This document shows, piece after piece, positions 12,313 to 26,208 of a DNA stretch of 64,000 nucleotides. How positions within the stretch are numbered: the first letter of the stretch is position 1; the number at the start of each line of letters is the position of its first letter. The position numbers and the translations under genes were made by a program. The DNA is from Octopus vulgaris. Its lineage: Eukaryota. The notes beneath the pieces were generated by a model that saw nothing but the letters and a program-made list of their open reading frames with translations, did not search any database and had not been told where the DNA came from. The stretch covers positions 15,004,001 through 15,068,000 of the forward strand of contig OX597841.1 of the NCBI GenBank assembly GCA_951406725.2. Reading direction: 5' to 3'.

Positions 12313-12384
12313 CGGGAAGTCGCTAAGTTTGATTAATTTACCCTTGTTAATTTGTCTATTAAGAATTTTATGCCCTTCTCGACA

Positions 12385-13108
12385 CAATCAAGGAGTGTCT
12401 TCTTGGTCAGCTGAAAGCAGTTTTGGCGCAAACTTGGCAGACACACATCTCATACCCAAATCTTCTGTGATTATGGACTGAACTGAACTGTAACTAATCT
12501 GGACATCCTCTCATAACTCACGGATGGTGATTCAACAATTTCCCCTCACACCTACACGCACATCTGTGATGCTTTTCTCAGTTCTGCTGGGTGTGAGTCT
12601 CCCAGAACATTCGTCAAATATCAACAGTTCTTCAGCCATCTTGTGTGCGGCACATACACTTCTCTCCATATACTTTCTGCAACTTTGCGTAGGCCAGTGC
12701 TTTTCAAACTTTTTGCTGGAGCGGAACCCCAAGGAAACATTCCACTGGCTCGAGGAACCCCTGTGCAATAATTTGATAGTCTTATGCACACATATCTGCA
12801 CAGGAGAATTAAAAATTACTGCCGATTTTAGTAGTTTTGTAACATTTTGCGGAACCCCTGGACTGTACTGGCTAAACTCTAAGGTTCCGCGGAACCCTGG
12901 TTGAAAACCACTGGCGTAGGCCTTTGAGCTGGTATCATCATGACAACTTTCTCTGTCATGGTCAATGCGACGATCACACGCTACACACCTTTATTAGTGC
13001 ACAGGCACAGCAGAGTTCAAGGTCAATCTTCGCCAAGCGGTTTCACTTTGCATGCTTTAGCTTCGTTACTATGGCAACAACCCGCATACCTATTGATCAG
13101 ACTTCGTA
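12385..13108 (-). pseudogene. Decayed mariner transposon, 5' end and transposase N-terminus
   Basis: Minus pieces AYAKLQKVYGE, DECSGRLTPSRTE, ITIREL*EDVQISYSSVQSIITEDLGMR, AKFAPKLL (WVPxxL-equivalent); terminus TACGAAG at 13108. Confidence 0.75.
12695..12913. mobile_element. hAT (Charlie/Buster-type) MITE, 219 bp
   Basis: TIRs CAGTGCTTTTCAA / TTGAAAACCACTG; exact 8-bp TSD GCGTAGGC (12687-12694, 12914-12921) with central TA; subterminal GGAACCC repeats. Confidence 0.9.
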
Positions 13109-13219
13109 CAATAGGATTTAAAAAACATCGGATGGCTATAAGGGACGATATGAGTAAAACAGAATCAAAGGTGGTTCATTGACAAAAAATTGGTTAAGGC
13201 AGTGAGTCCCACTGCCATA

Positions 13220-13531
13220 TTTAATCGACCCCGATAGGATGAAAGGCAAAGCCGTTCTCGGCGGAATTTGAACTCAGAACGTAACGGCAGACGAAATACC
13301 TATTTCTTTACTACCCACAAGGGGCTAAACACAGAGGGGGCAAACAAGGACAGACATACGGATTAAGTCGATTATATCGACCCCAGTGCGTAACTGGTAC
13401 TTAATTTATCGACCCCGAAAGGATGAAAGGCAACGTCGACCTCGGCGGAATTTGAACCGAGAACGTAACGGCAGACGAAATACCGCAAAGCATTTCGCCC
13501 GGCGTGCTAACGATTCTGCCAACTCGCCGCC
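13220..13531 (-). mobile_element. SINE family B, monomer plus partial second unit
   Basis: Head GGCGGCGAG(C/T)TGGCAGAA, central GCCTTTCATCCTTTCGGGGTCGAT (Meta-domain-like); junction at 13300/13301. Confidence 0.85.
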
Positions 13532-13927
<396 letters not shown>

Positions 13928-14190
13928 TTACTATGTATAGGCAATCATACATACTCTTTGTTATGTAAGTAATTATATTATTTACATATGTACATACATT
14001 AATTTGCTCTCCCCACATTTTTCCTGGTCTCTCATTGGTTAAAAGAAAACCAGCCCAGTTGGGCTTCCATAGAGACAAAAATCAAAGTGTCCGTCTATTG
14101 TTTGTATGTTGTTTCATAAGAAGTTGTAAAGACAAAAAACACAAACGTCTGTCCGTAATAGGAAACAGTATTATATATATATATATATAT

Positions 14191-14345
14191 GTGGCTGTGT
14201 GGTAAGTAGCTTGCTAACCAGCCACATGGTTCCGGGTTCGGTCCACTGCGTGGCATCTTGGACATGTGTTTTCTACTATAGCCTCGGGCCGACCACATCT
14301 TTGTGAGTGGATTTGGTAGACGGAAACTGAAAGAATCCCGTCGTA

Positions 14346-14390
<45 letters not shown>

Positions 14391-14634
14391 TGTATATATA
14401 TATATATATAGATGCGTGTGTGTGTTTGTGTGTCTGTGTTTGTCCCCCCCCCAACATCGCTTGACAACAAATGCTGGTGTGTATATGTCCCCGTTATCTA
14501 GCGGTTCGGCAAAAGATACCGATAGAATAAGTACTAGGCTTACAAAGTCTTGGGGTCGATTTGTTCGACTAAAGGCGGTGCTCCAGCATGGCCACAGTCA
14601 AATGACTGAAACAAGTAAAAGAATAAAAAGAATA
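14191..14634 (+). mobile_element. SINE family A
   Basis: Matches family consensus. Confidence 0.85.
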
Positions 14635-14857
14635 TACGAGAATTAGGGTTGAAAGGTTCTTGGCTTTGGGTCAAAGAAAATAGAGGAGGATCAGTTAATT
14701 ATGATTTTATTCAACATATTCCCCTCTCAGATTCACACACTTATTGCAGGGGTCCTTCAGTTTTTCTAAACCCTGGAAAAGAAGCCGGAAGGTTGGACTT
14801 CCACCCAGGACTTTCGCGACATTCTTAGAGTCAAGAACTGTTCAGCCCCCCCTCATA
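14635..14857 (+). mobile_element. Mariner-type MITE (~220 bp)
   Basis: TACGAG..GAAA(A)GTTC(C)TGGCTTT and AAGCCAGGAACTTTTCAGC..CTCGTA-type TIRs; several copies. Confidence 0.7.
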
Positions 14858-14863
14858 TATTTA

Positions 14864-15067
<204 letters not shown>

Positions 15068-15070
15068 ATA

Positions 15071-15245
15071 TACGAGAATGGGGCCTGAAAAGTTCCTGGT
15101 TTATGATGTTATTCAACATGTTCCCTTCTCACATTCGCACACGTATCGCAGCAGTCCTTCAGTTTTTCTAAGCCCTGGAAAAGAAGCCAGAAGGTTGGGC
15201 CTCCAGCCAGGCTTCTCGCGATTTCCTTCAGCCCCCTCTCGCATA
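15071..15245 (+). mobile_element. Mariner-type MITE, deleted copy
   Basis: Similarity to 14635-14857. Confidence 0.6.
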
Positions 15246-15614
15246 TATATTTTATGCCCCCTTTCTTCAGCTCCTTATTCCTTTACACCTGTCGACTTTA
15301 CACCGAGGTCGACTTTGCCTGTCATCCTTTCGGGGTCGATTAAATAAGTACCAGTTACGCACTGGGGTCGATGTAATCGACTTAATCCCTTTGTCTGTCC
15401 TCTATGTCGTCATTTCATTAATCCATACCCGTGTCATTTTCCCTGTTTGTCTCCGATGACGGAATATCCCATATTCTGGGACATCCCAGGCACAGCCGGA
15501 AGACTTTGAATTTCTTTTTTCTAATAATAATAGCAGATATGAACTGAGATGTTTGCCTTGCCTTAACGTTTGTCGTCCTCTTTAACAATCATATATATAC
15601 ATAAACATATACAT

Positions 15615-15677
<63 letters not shown>

Positions 15678-15679
15678 TG

Positions 15680-15902
<223 letters not shown>

Positions 15903-16303
15903 GTATATACATGTATATACGTGGAGTCCTGTCCAGCAGACCCAAAAAATTCTTTCCTTCTTCTTCCCTCTTTCTCTTTAGCACTCACCTCAGATACAAA
16001 CACACACACACACACACACACATACACATACACATACACACATGTTCTCTCTCGCACTTTCTCCTCATCCACCTCACCCTCTTGTACTGTCTCATATTCC
16101 TCCCCACCACTACGAAACTCTATAAAATGGTAAAAATTCCCCACAAAGGAGCATAATTTGATTTGAAAACCCCACTAGAATGGGAGAAAGCGCTAATGAT
16201 CTGAATGATATGATGAATGATATATATATATAAAAAATGTAATATACAAATAAATATCTGTAAATATAAACCATCCGATCTTCTGAGTACCTCATTTCTT
16301 CTA

Positions 16304-16372
<69 letters not shown>

Positions 16373-16376
<4 letters not shown>

Positions 16377-16596
16377 AAGGTTTGCTGAAAACTTCCTGGC
16401 TTTGGGTAAAAGAAAAGAAAATACCGGAGGATCAGTTAATTTTCATTTTAATCAACATATTCACAGATTCAGTCACTTATTGCAGTGGGGGTCCTTCAGT
16501 TTTTCTAAACCCTGTAAAAGAACTCGGAAGGCTGGTGCTCCAGCCAGGCCTTTCCCGACACCCCAAAAGCCAGGAACTTTTCAGCAACCTCTCGTG
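16373..16596 (+). mobile_element. Mariner-type MITE
   Basis: TIR pair GCTGAAAACTTCCTGGCTTT / AAAGCCAGGAACTTTTCAGC. Confidence 0.75.
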
Positions 16597-16795
16597 TTAG
16601 GAAACAATATTATATGTGTATATAACAGGTGTGGCTGTGTTGTGAGAAGTTTTATTCCTAACTACATGGTCCCGAGTTCAGTCCCACCGCATGGCACCTT
16701 GGGCAAGTACTTTCTGTTATATCCCCGGGCCTACCAAAGCCTTGTGAGTTGATCTGATTGACGGAAACTGAAAGAAACCCGTCGTATATATATTT

Positions 16796-17152
16796 ATTCT
16801 TTTACTTGTTTCAGCCGTTTGACTGCGACCATGCCGGAGCACAGCCTTTAGTCGAAGAAACTGACCCCAGGACTAATATGTCCTAGTACTTATTCTATCG
16901 GTCTCCTTTGCCGAACTACTAAGTTACAGCGATGTAAACACACTAACAGCGGTTGTCAGGCGATGGGGGAGGGGGCACACACACATACACACACGCACAT
17001 ATATATACGACAGGCTTCTTTCAATTTCCGTCAACCAAATCCACTCACAAGGCCTCGTTCGGCCGGAGGCTATAGTAGAAAACACTTACCCAAGGTGCCA
17101 CGCAGTGGGACTGAACCTAGAACCATGTGGTTGGTAAGCAAGCTTCTTACCA
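16796..17152 (-). mobile_element. SINE family A (a + strand 5' half lies at 16627-16790)
   Basis: Matches family consensus. Confidence 0.8.
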
Positions 17153-17202
17153 CGCTACCACAAAATTAGAATAGTCAGTAGTTTGCAATGTTACATACAT
17201 AC

Positions 17203-17355
<153 letters not shown>

Positions 17356-17756
17356 CATAGGGGAGGATTGTTTGTGCTTGTCTGTGTTAGTCCCCCACCA
17401 GCGTCTGACAATCAATGTTAGCGGTTGGGCAAAAAGAGATCGATAGAATAAGTGTCTGGTCTTAAAAAGATAAAAAATATTGGGATCGTTTCATTCGACT
17501 AAAAGGAAAAAATCCCCAAGGCGGTGCCCCAGCGTGGCCGTAGTCTGAAAACTGAAAGAAATAAAAGATTACTGTGATATATTTTCTTTAAAAACAAAAG
17601 AACGATTAGTGAAAGAAGGGTTGATGATGATACAGGGCAGCGCACTTCGTCCTTCAGTTTCTGGGGTCACCGAGCGGGGCAGAGGAAAGGGGTTACGTAT
17701 CCTCGATGCAGAGTCCAGGCACAAAATGTTTGCAATTGTAGCGTAGATCCTGAAAT

Positions 17757-18556
17757 GAGCAAGAGGAACGGCCCTTCTCTTGCGACGCTTTTATGGGGAA
17801 GTGGGCGATGTGTGTGGCCCCCTCGTGTGACGATTTTATGTGGAAGCGAGCGAGAGGTACAGCCCCTCGAGCGACTTTTTTATGAGGAAGCGGGTGAGAT
17901 GTACGGCCTCTCGAGCGACGCTTTTATGGGGAAGTGAGCGAGGTGTATGGCCCCCTCGGGCGACTCTTTTATGAAGAAGCGAGCGAGGGGTACGGCCCCT
18001 CGGGCGACTCTTTTATGAGGAAACGGGTGAGATGTACGGCCTCTCGGGTGACGTTTTTATGGGGAAGTGGGCGATGTGTGTGGCCCCTCGTGTGACGATT
18101 TTATGTGGAAGCGAGCGAGAGGTACGGCCCCTCGGGCGACTTTTTTATGAGGAGGCGGGTGAGATGTACGGCCTCTCGGGCGACTCTTTTATGGGGAAGC
18201 GAGCGAGAGATACGGCCCCTCGGGCGACGATTCTATGGCGACGCGAGCGAGGTGCACGGTCCCTCGGGTGACGTTTTTAAAAGGGGAAGTGAGCGAGGTG
18301 TACGGCCCATCGGGTGACGATTTTATGGGGAAGCAAGCCAGGGGTACGGAGTTCGGGCTGCGCTTTTGTTGGAAGCTAGGGAGGGGACGGTGCTCTTCCT
18401 GCGACGCTTTTGTAGGGGAGCGGGCGAGGGAACGGCATCCTTAGGCAACGCTTTTATGGGGGAATGAGATCGAGGTACGGCGCCCTCCACACGACGCTTT
18501 TTACGGGTGTGCAGGTACGGTGTACAGCCATCCCCGGGTGACGCATTTATGGGAGA
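17757..18556. repeat. GC-rich 44-bp minisatellite, about 18 diverged units
   Basis: Unit GTACGGCCCCTCGGGCGACGCTTTTATGGGGAAGCGAGCGAGAG; GTAC anchors at 17857, 17901, 17945, 17990, 18034. Confidence 0.85.
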
Positions 18557-18596
18557 GCAGTGGTCTGCTCTATAAGCTTGTATAAATGGTGAGCTG

Positions 18597-18709
<113 letters not shown>

Positions 18710-18723
18710 TCTCCCTTTCTCTC

Positions 18724-18763
<40 letters not shown>

Positions 18764-19157
18764 CGTGCTAAGAAAATGGTGGTGGTGGCGGTGGTAGTAG
18801 TAGTAGTAGTAGTAGTTTCAGCGTTTGTGACTGTGCTGGAAGTAGCGGCAGCGGCGGCGGCAGGAACACCCCCCTGAGTGGTAGCACCTGTGCAGCAGTA
18901 GCGGTAGTTGCAGTGCTGGTGGTGGTCGCGATACAAGCGGCGGTTGTGGTAGAGGTGGTAGTTGGTGGCAGGCGATTGCGCTGACGGTTGATAGCAGTGG
19001 AGAAGTATGGAAGGCTGGCGGGAGCAAGTAACACAGCGATAAGTTTTGCAGACAAAGAGGTTTGCCGTAACGCGTTTGGCCGTGTCAGGTAACTGAAGTC
19101 TTTTGATATTTTCACCGTTCTTTATATTATGTGACACACAGACACACACACACATAA

Positions 19158-19341
19158 TACATACATACATACATACATACATACATACATACATGCATAC
19201 ATACATACATACATACATACATACATACATACATACATACATACATACATACATACATACATACATACATACATACATACATACATACATACATACATAC
19301 ATACATACATACATACATACATACATACATACATACATACA

Positions 19342-19375
<34 letters not shown>

Positions 19376-19405
19376 CATACATACATACATACATACATAC
19401 ATACA

Positions 19406-19439
<34 letters not shown>

Positions 19440-19537
19440 CATACATACATACATATATACATACATACATACATACATACATACATACATACATACATAC
19501 ATACATACATACATACATACATACATACATACATACA

Positions 19538-19571
<34 letters not shown>

Positions 19572-19713
19572 CATACATACATACATATATACATACATAC
19601 ATACATACATACATACATACATACATACATACATTCATACATACATACATACAAACATACATACATACATACATACATACATACATACATACATACATAC
19701 ATACATACATACA

Positions 19714-19747
<34 letters not shown>

Positions 19748-19765
19748 CATACATACATACATATA

Positions 19766-19799
<34 letters not shown>

Positions 19800-20008
19800 C
19801 ATACATACATACATACATACATACATACATACATACATACATACATACATACATACATACATACATACATACATACATACATACATACATACATAAATAC
19901 ATACATACATACATACATACATACATACATACATACATACATACATACATACATACATACATACATACATACATACATACATACACATACATACATACAT
20001 ACATACAT
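19158..20008. repeat. (TACA)n tract ~850 bp, followed by degenerate CA-rich tract to ~20508
   Basis: Direct reading. Confidence 0.95.
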
Positions 20009-20721
20009 GCATACACACATACACACACCTTCACACAGATACACACACATACACACATATACAAACACATAAACACACATACACACATTCATACATACGC
20101 ACAAACACACATACACATACACACACAAACACATACAATATACATACACACACGTACAAACATATAAACACACATGCACGAACATAAACACACGTACACA
20201 CATACACACACTCATACATACGCTCATACACAAAGAGTAATATACACACATACACAGATATACGCACGCACATACATACACACATATGCACACACATACA
20301 CGCAGACATATACACACATATACATACACACACATATACACACACAATATACTTACACATATACAAGCACGCACACACACATGCACACATACACACATAC
20401 ACACATACACACATAAAGACACTTACACACATACACACATACACACTCACACACATAGACACATACACATTCATACACACACATACACACACATACACGC
20501 ACACACATGACAGTCATACATACATCTTTTACTTGTTTTAGAGATTAGAATGCGGCCATGCTGGGGCAGCGCCACGAAGAATTTTATTCCAACGAAATAA
20601 CCACATTTTAAGCTTAATACTTATTCTATCGGTCTTTTTTGCCGAAATGCTAAGTTACGGGGAAGTATATACAGAGCAACACCGGCTGTAAAACATTGAG
20701 GGAGGAAATCACAGACACAAA

Positions 20722-20770
<49 letters not shown>

Positions 20771-20839
20771 ACATCCAAAATTATTCGCCATGTTGTGCCA
20801 ATGAACTCAACACGTTCATTTGTCATTCTTTCCTTCTTT

Positions 20840-20875
20840 TTTTCTGATGAAGAGCATAGGCTCAAAACGTCAAGG
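20840..20875 (+). ncRNA. Decayed minimal HHR (family H2b; G12->A)
   Basis: TTTT-CTGATGA-A-GAGC(ATAG)GCTC-AAA-ACGT-C-AAGG. Confidence 0.5.
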
Positions 20876-21258
20876 ACATTTACATTCTTCCTGAGCGTCA
20901 AACTATTACACCTGCTTGTTGTTCTTACACCCGTCTTCGTCTTTTGTTTTCTGTAAATTTAAAATATATGTGTGTGTTTGTGTGTGTGTTGGATAATAAA
21001 ACGAATGGTTTGTAGCCGGAGAGGAAACGATGCTAGATGTGTCGAAACGGGGTCAATAAATTCTCGTAAATTCCATCTTATATATATATACATATAGTTA
21101 ATTCGAGGTACTCATATCCTCATCAAGGATATTAAATAATCCAAGATGTTCCACTGCTTAATCTCTATCATTTAATGCTAAAGTTTTCAACATTTCATAA
21201 ACAAACAAATAAATAATTCATACATCCAATTTTCTCCATTTTCTTTTCCTTCAATATA

Positions 21259-21337
<79 letters not shown>

Positions 21338-21439
21338 GGAGTAAACACATAAATGTGAAACAAGGTGGAAAAAAGAGTACTCAAATACCAGTGGTAGAGT
21401 AATATGCTTTATTTTAAGCAGCAGAAAATTCAACAAAAT

Positions 21440-21477
21440 CTGTTACTCTGAGTTTCTCGTTGCCGTTCATCAGACAG
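21440..21477 (-). ncRNA. Minimal HHR, canonical CUGAUGA core (H1, left arm)
   Basis: Exact mirror of 21502-21539. Confidence 0.75.
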
Positions 21478-21501
21478 TTTTTGCTAGAATTCTAGCAAAA
21501 A

Positions 21502-21539
21502 CTGTCTGATGAACGGCAACGAGAAACTCAGAGTAACAG
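21502..21539 (+). ncRNA. Minimal HHR, canonical CUGAUGA core (H1, right arm)
   Basis: CTGT-CTGATGA-ACG(GCAA)CGA-GAA-ACTC(A)GAGT-A-ACAG; GUA cleavage triplet. Confidence 0.75.
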
Positions 21540-21562
21540 ATTTTGTTGAATTTTCTGCTGCT

Positions 21563-21641
<79 letters not shown>

Positions 21642-21645
<4 letters not shown>

Positions 21646-21933
21646 GCAGCGTGGAAGGTGTTTGTAAGCCATTTAAGAAACACACAAAAGCCGTTCGATT
21701 CACTTCAACATTTAAGTTTAATTTGTCAAATGCACCACGGATTTTTGTCAGTGAACAGGTCGCAGATTTTAGCGACGAAAATATTTTGACAAATTAAACT
21801 TAAATGTTGAAGTGAACGAACGGCTTTTGTGTGTTTCTTAAATGGCTTACAAACACCTTCCACGCTGCAATTGTTTTCGTTCCAGCCCACGATCTCAGAT
21901 CAAATCACTTGCTATGCGAGTACATCTCCGTAA
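21642..21933. mobile_element. Family H3 element with inverted arm (21642-21730 mirrors 21785-21872)
   Basis: Direct reverse-complement match; (TA)n flanks. Confidence 0.8.
21744..21793 (+). ncRNA. Minimal HHR with G3:C8 core (H3)
   Basis: TTTGTCA-GTGAACA-G-GTCGC(AGATTTTA)GCGAC-GAA-AATATT-T-TGACAAA; differs from the 9452 copy only in loop II. Confidence 0.75.
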
Positions 21934-21954
21934 TATATATATATACATACATAC

Positions 21955-22062
<108 letters not shown>

Positions 22063-22379
22063 ATGTATGTATGTATGTATGTATATATATATGTGTATAT
22101 AAATATATATATATTATAATTATTAGGAATGTTACTTCCGATACACAGGATACAGAGGAAAAAGCCATTCAAATTTGACTCTAAAATGAACACCTCCCAA
22201 TGTTTAATTTGTATATATTAGATACCTTCGACTCAATCACTCCACCGTTCCATAAAATGTTAAAAATCAAATCTTATACTAACTATTATTAATAATATTT
22301 AACATTTTATGGAACGGTCGAGTATAAAATCTTTCAGTGTTGATTGAGTTGAAGGTGGTTCTGTCTCTAGAATTACTTT

Positions 22380-22411
<32 letters not shown>

Positions 22412-22517
22412 TGTATGTATGTATGTATGTATGTATGTATGTATGTATGTATATATATATATATCTATCTATCATATCTATATATATATATATCTATCTA
22501 TATATATATATATGTAT

Positions 22518-22560
<43 letters not shown>

Positions 22561-22704
22561 TAGTGGGCTTCTTTCAGTTTCCGTCTGCCAAATCCTCTCA
22601 CAAAGTTTTGGTTGACTCGGTGGTTTTAGCGAAAATCATTTGCCCAAGGAGCCACGCAGTGGAACTGAACCCGGAACCGTATGGTTGGGAAGCAAACATC
22701 TTTT

Positions 22705-22757
<53 letters not shown>

Positions 22758-22821
22758 GTACCATAGAGAACTCTACTTCCCTGCCTCGCTTTCTCATTTT
22801 CTCTTCCTCTCTCTCCCCCTC

Positions 22822-22875
<54 letters not shown>

Positions 22876-22931
22876 CACATACACACACATACATACATAT
22901 ACACACCTACATACATACATACATACATACA

Positions 22932-22962
<31 letters not shown>

Positions 22963-23287
22963 GTATATATATATATATATGTATATATTCGTGTATATAT
23001 ATTCGTGTATATATATTCGTGTATATATATATATATACATAGAGAAATGTAACACGGGAATTGATATGAAACCGTAATGACAGGACAAGAATAAATGATC
23101 CGAATAACCGAGAGAAACCAACTTGGACCCTGTCTGCGTAATATCGAGAGAAACGTACAACGCGAAGAATGGGAAAATTATACGATAAACATTTTAAAGT
23201 TTTTCAAGGGAATACAAAAAAAAAAACACCCAAAAAATGTTATATCTTTCAACAGAAACAATAAATACTTCTTGTCTCTGTCGAAAG

Positions 23288-23399
23288 CCGAAATTATTCG
23301 TGTATAAGCCGCACTATTTTATAAAAAATTTTAACTGGAAAAAAAAAAAGAAGAATGGGTTGGGACTTATACATGAGTGCGTATTATACACGAATACGG
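23288..23399. mobile_element. Possible Tc2/pogo-type MITE remnant
   Basis: Inverted ends ATTCGTGTATAAGCCGCACT / AGTGCGTATTATACACGAAT. Confidence 0.45.
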
Positions 23400-23515
23400 G
23401 GTAAATGTTCCCTTTTGCGTCCTCCTATGTCTTAACTTTTTATCTTTTCGTAGTTCCTTTGGACTTCTTTGGCTAACTTTCCTTTCCGTTTAGAATTTAG
23501 CTAAGCAAACAGTTG

Positions 23516-23551
<36 letters not shown>

Positions 23552-23722
23552 ATATATACGACAGGCTTCTTTCATTTTCCGTCTACCAAATCCACTCACA
23601 AGGCTTTGATCGGCCCGAGGCTATAGCAGAAGACACTTGCCCAAGATGCCCGGAACTAAGTGGTTCAGAAGCAAATGTCTTACTACACAGCCACTCCTGC
23701 GCCTATTATGAGTATATTGTGC

Positions 23723-23790
<68 letters not shown>

Positions 23791-23868
23791 AAATATTAGG
23801 GAATAAATCCAAACATACAGGGAAAAATCAGATTTAGGATTGAATCCAATTTTATAGTAAAATATTAC

Positions 23869-24243
<375 letters not shown>

Positions 24244-24446
24244 ATATATATATATATTGTTGTGTCTAGAGAGAACCATATTATTAACACATTCATTGGT
24301 GTGTTAATAATATTGTCATATTAACATCACTCTCCCTAGACACAAAGAAATTTGTTTCAACACACGAATTCACACAAAGAATCTTGTAAACCATATTTAT
24401 TTAAATTTATATATATATGCATATATATATTTAAATATATATTTAA

Positions 24447-24511
<65 letters not shown>

Positions 24512-24840
24512 TATGTATATATATATATATATAATATACTGGGTGATTGAAAAGTAACTCCCAATTTTAAAATACTCACAAATTATTTATTGTAATTTTT
24601 CCCTAATTTTTGTCTGTTTATTGTTTGAAGTATGAGAGTTTAAACTGTAATCTGTAATGACTGAATGCCCGCTTCCCTCGGTGAGGCTGTGTAGTCAGAG
24701 GCGTGCTTCCCAACCACATGGTCCGGGTTCAGTCCCACTGCGTGGCACCTTGTGCAAGTCTCTTCTACTATAGCCTCAGGCTGACGAAAGCCTTGTGAGT
24801 GGATTTGGTAGGCGGAAACTGAAAGAATCCCGTCGTATAC

Positions 24841-25070
24841 TCTTACTCATTACTCTTTTACTTGTTTCAGTCATTTGACTGCGGCCATGCTGGAGCACCG
24901 CCTTATAGTCGAGCAAATTGACCCCGGGACTTATTCTTTGTAAGCCCAGTACTTATTCTATCGGTCTCTTTTTGCCGAACCGCTAAGTGACGGGGACATA
25001 AACACACCAGCATCGGTTGTCAAGCAATGCTAGGGGGACAAACACAGACACACAAACAAACACACACATA

Positions 25071-25102
<32 letters not shown>

Positions 25103-25266
25103 CGACAGGCTTCTTTCAGTTTCCGTCTACCAAATCCACTCACAAGGCATTGGTAGGCCCGGGGCTATAGCAGAAGACACTTGCCCAAGATGCCACGCAG
25201 TGGGACTGAACCCGGAACCTTGTGGTTGGTTAGCAAGCTACTTACCACACAGCCACTCCTGCGCCT
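24841..25266 (-). mobile_element. SINE family A, full length (abuts a + strand 5' half at 24683-24840)
   Basis: Head to tail match. Confidence 0.9.
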
Positions 25267-25332
<66 letters not shown>

Positions 25333-25336
<4 letters not shown>

Positions 25337-25615
25337 TTATGTCTATAAATATAATATATGACAATTAGTGGGTTGTCAAAATAAAACTCAGAGTTTCAGA
25401 TGCCGGGGCTGAAGTCTGCTCCGACATTTCATCAGTTATTAAGGCAAACCTTAATAACTGATGAGATGCCGGAGCAGACCTCATCCCCGGCATCTGAAAC
25501 TCTGAGTTTTGTTATGGCAACCAACTACTTGTCACATATTATATTTATAAATAAATTCCTCTATTTTACACAAAATCGAGGTCTCATTCATTCTTTTGTT
25601 GTCATATCATTATTA
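25333..25615. mobile_element. Family H4 PLE-type element with inverted duplication (arms ~25333-25444 and 25449-25557)
   Basis: Imperfect palindrome around loop CAAA; 3' end related to 33019-33110 and 31513-31563. Confidence 0.75.
25453..25513 (+). ncRNA. Minimal HHR, canonical core, 8-bp stem II (H4); mirror at 25380-25440
   Basis: AATAA-CTGATGA-GATGCCGG(14 nt)CCGGCATC-T-GAA-ACTC(T)GAGT-T-TTGTT. Confidence 0.75.
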
Positions 25616-25616
25616 T

Positions 25617-25678
<62 letters not shown>

Positions 25679-26021
25679 TGGTGTGTTTATGTCCCGGCTA
25701 CTTAGCAGTTCGGCAAAGAAAGACCAATATAATAAATACTAAACTTACAAAGAATAAATCCTGTTTTCGATTTGTTCGGCTAAAAAGCAGTGCTCCAGCA
25801 TGGGCGCTGTTAAATGACTGAAACAAATAAATAAATAAAAGAATATCTTTATACACTCACGACGGGGTTTCACGCAGTTTCCGTCTATCAAATTCACTCT
25901 TAACAAATTGGTCCTCCCTGGTCTATTGTAGACGAAGCTTGCCCAAAGTGCCGCGTAATTGGTTTGAACCCGAAACCCCACGGTTAAAAATAAACATTTT
26001 ATACATGTATTATATTTGCAT

Positions 26022-26171
26022 TGTGTGGTAAGTAGCTTGTTTACCAACCACATGGTTCCGGGTTCAGTCCCACTGCGTGGCATTTTGGGCAAGTGTCTTC
26101 TGCTATAGACCCCGGGCCGACCAATGCCTTGTGAGTGGATTTCGTAGACGGAAACTGAAAGAAGCCTGTCG

Positions 26172-26208
<37 letters not shown>

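Larger units (their letters stand above)
21334..21566. mobile_element. Family H1 element with perfect 154-bp palindrome (21413-21566, centre GAA|TTC)
   Basis: Arms exact reverse complements; (TA)n both sides. Confidence 0.85.

Noticed and set aside
12019-12336. Acidic D/E-rich ORF (also 51781..52338)
   Set aside because: Trinucleotide repeat translation without splice or domain support
17757-18556. CRISPR-like reading of the 44-bp repeat
   Set aside because: Whole units are homologous (no spacers), no cas genes, eukaryotic context
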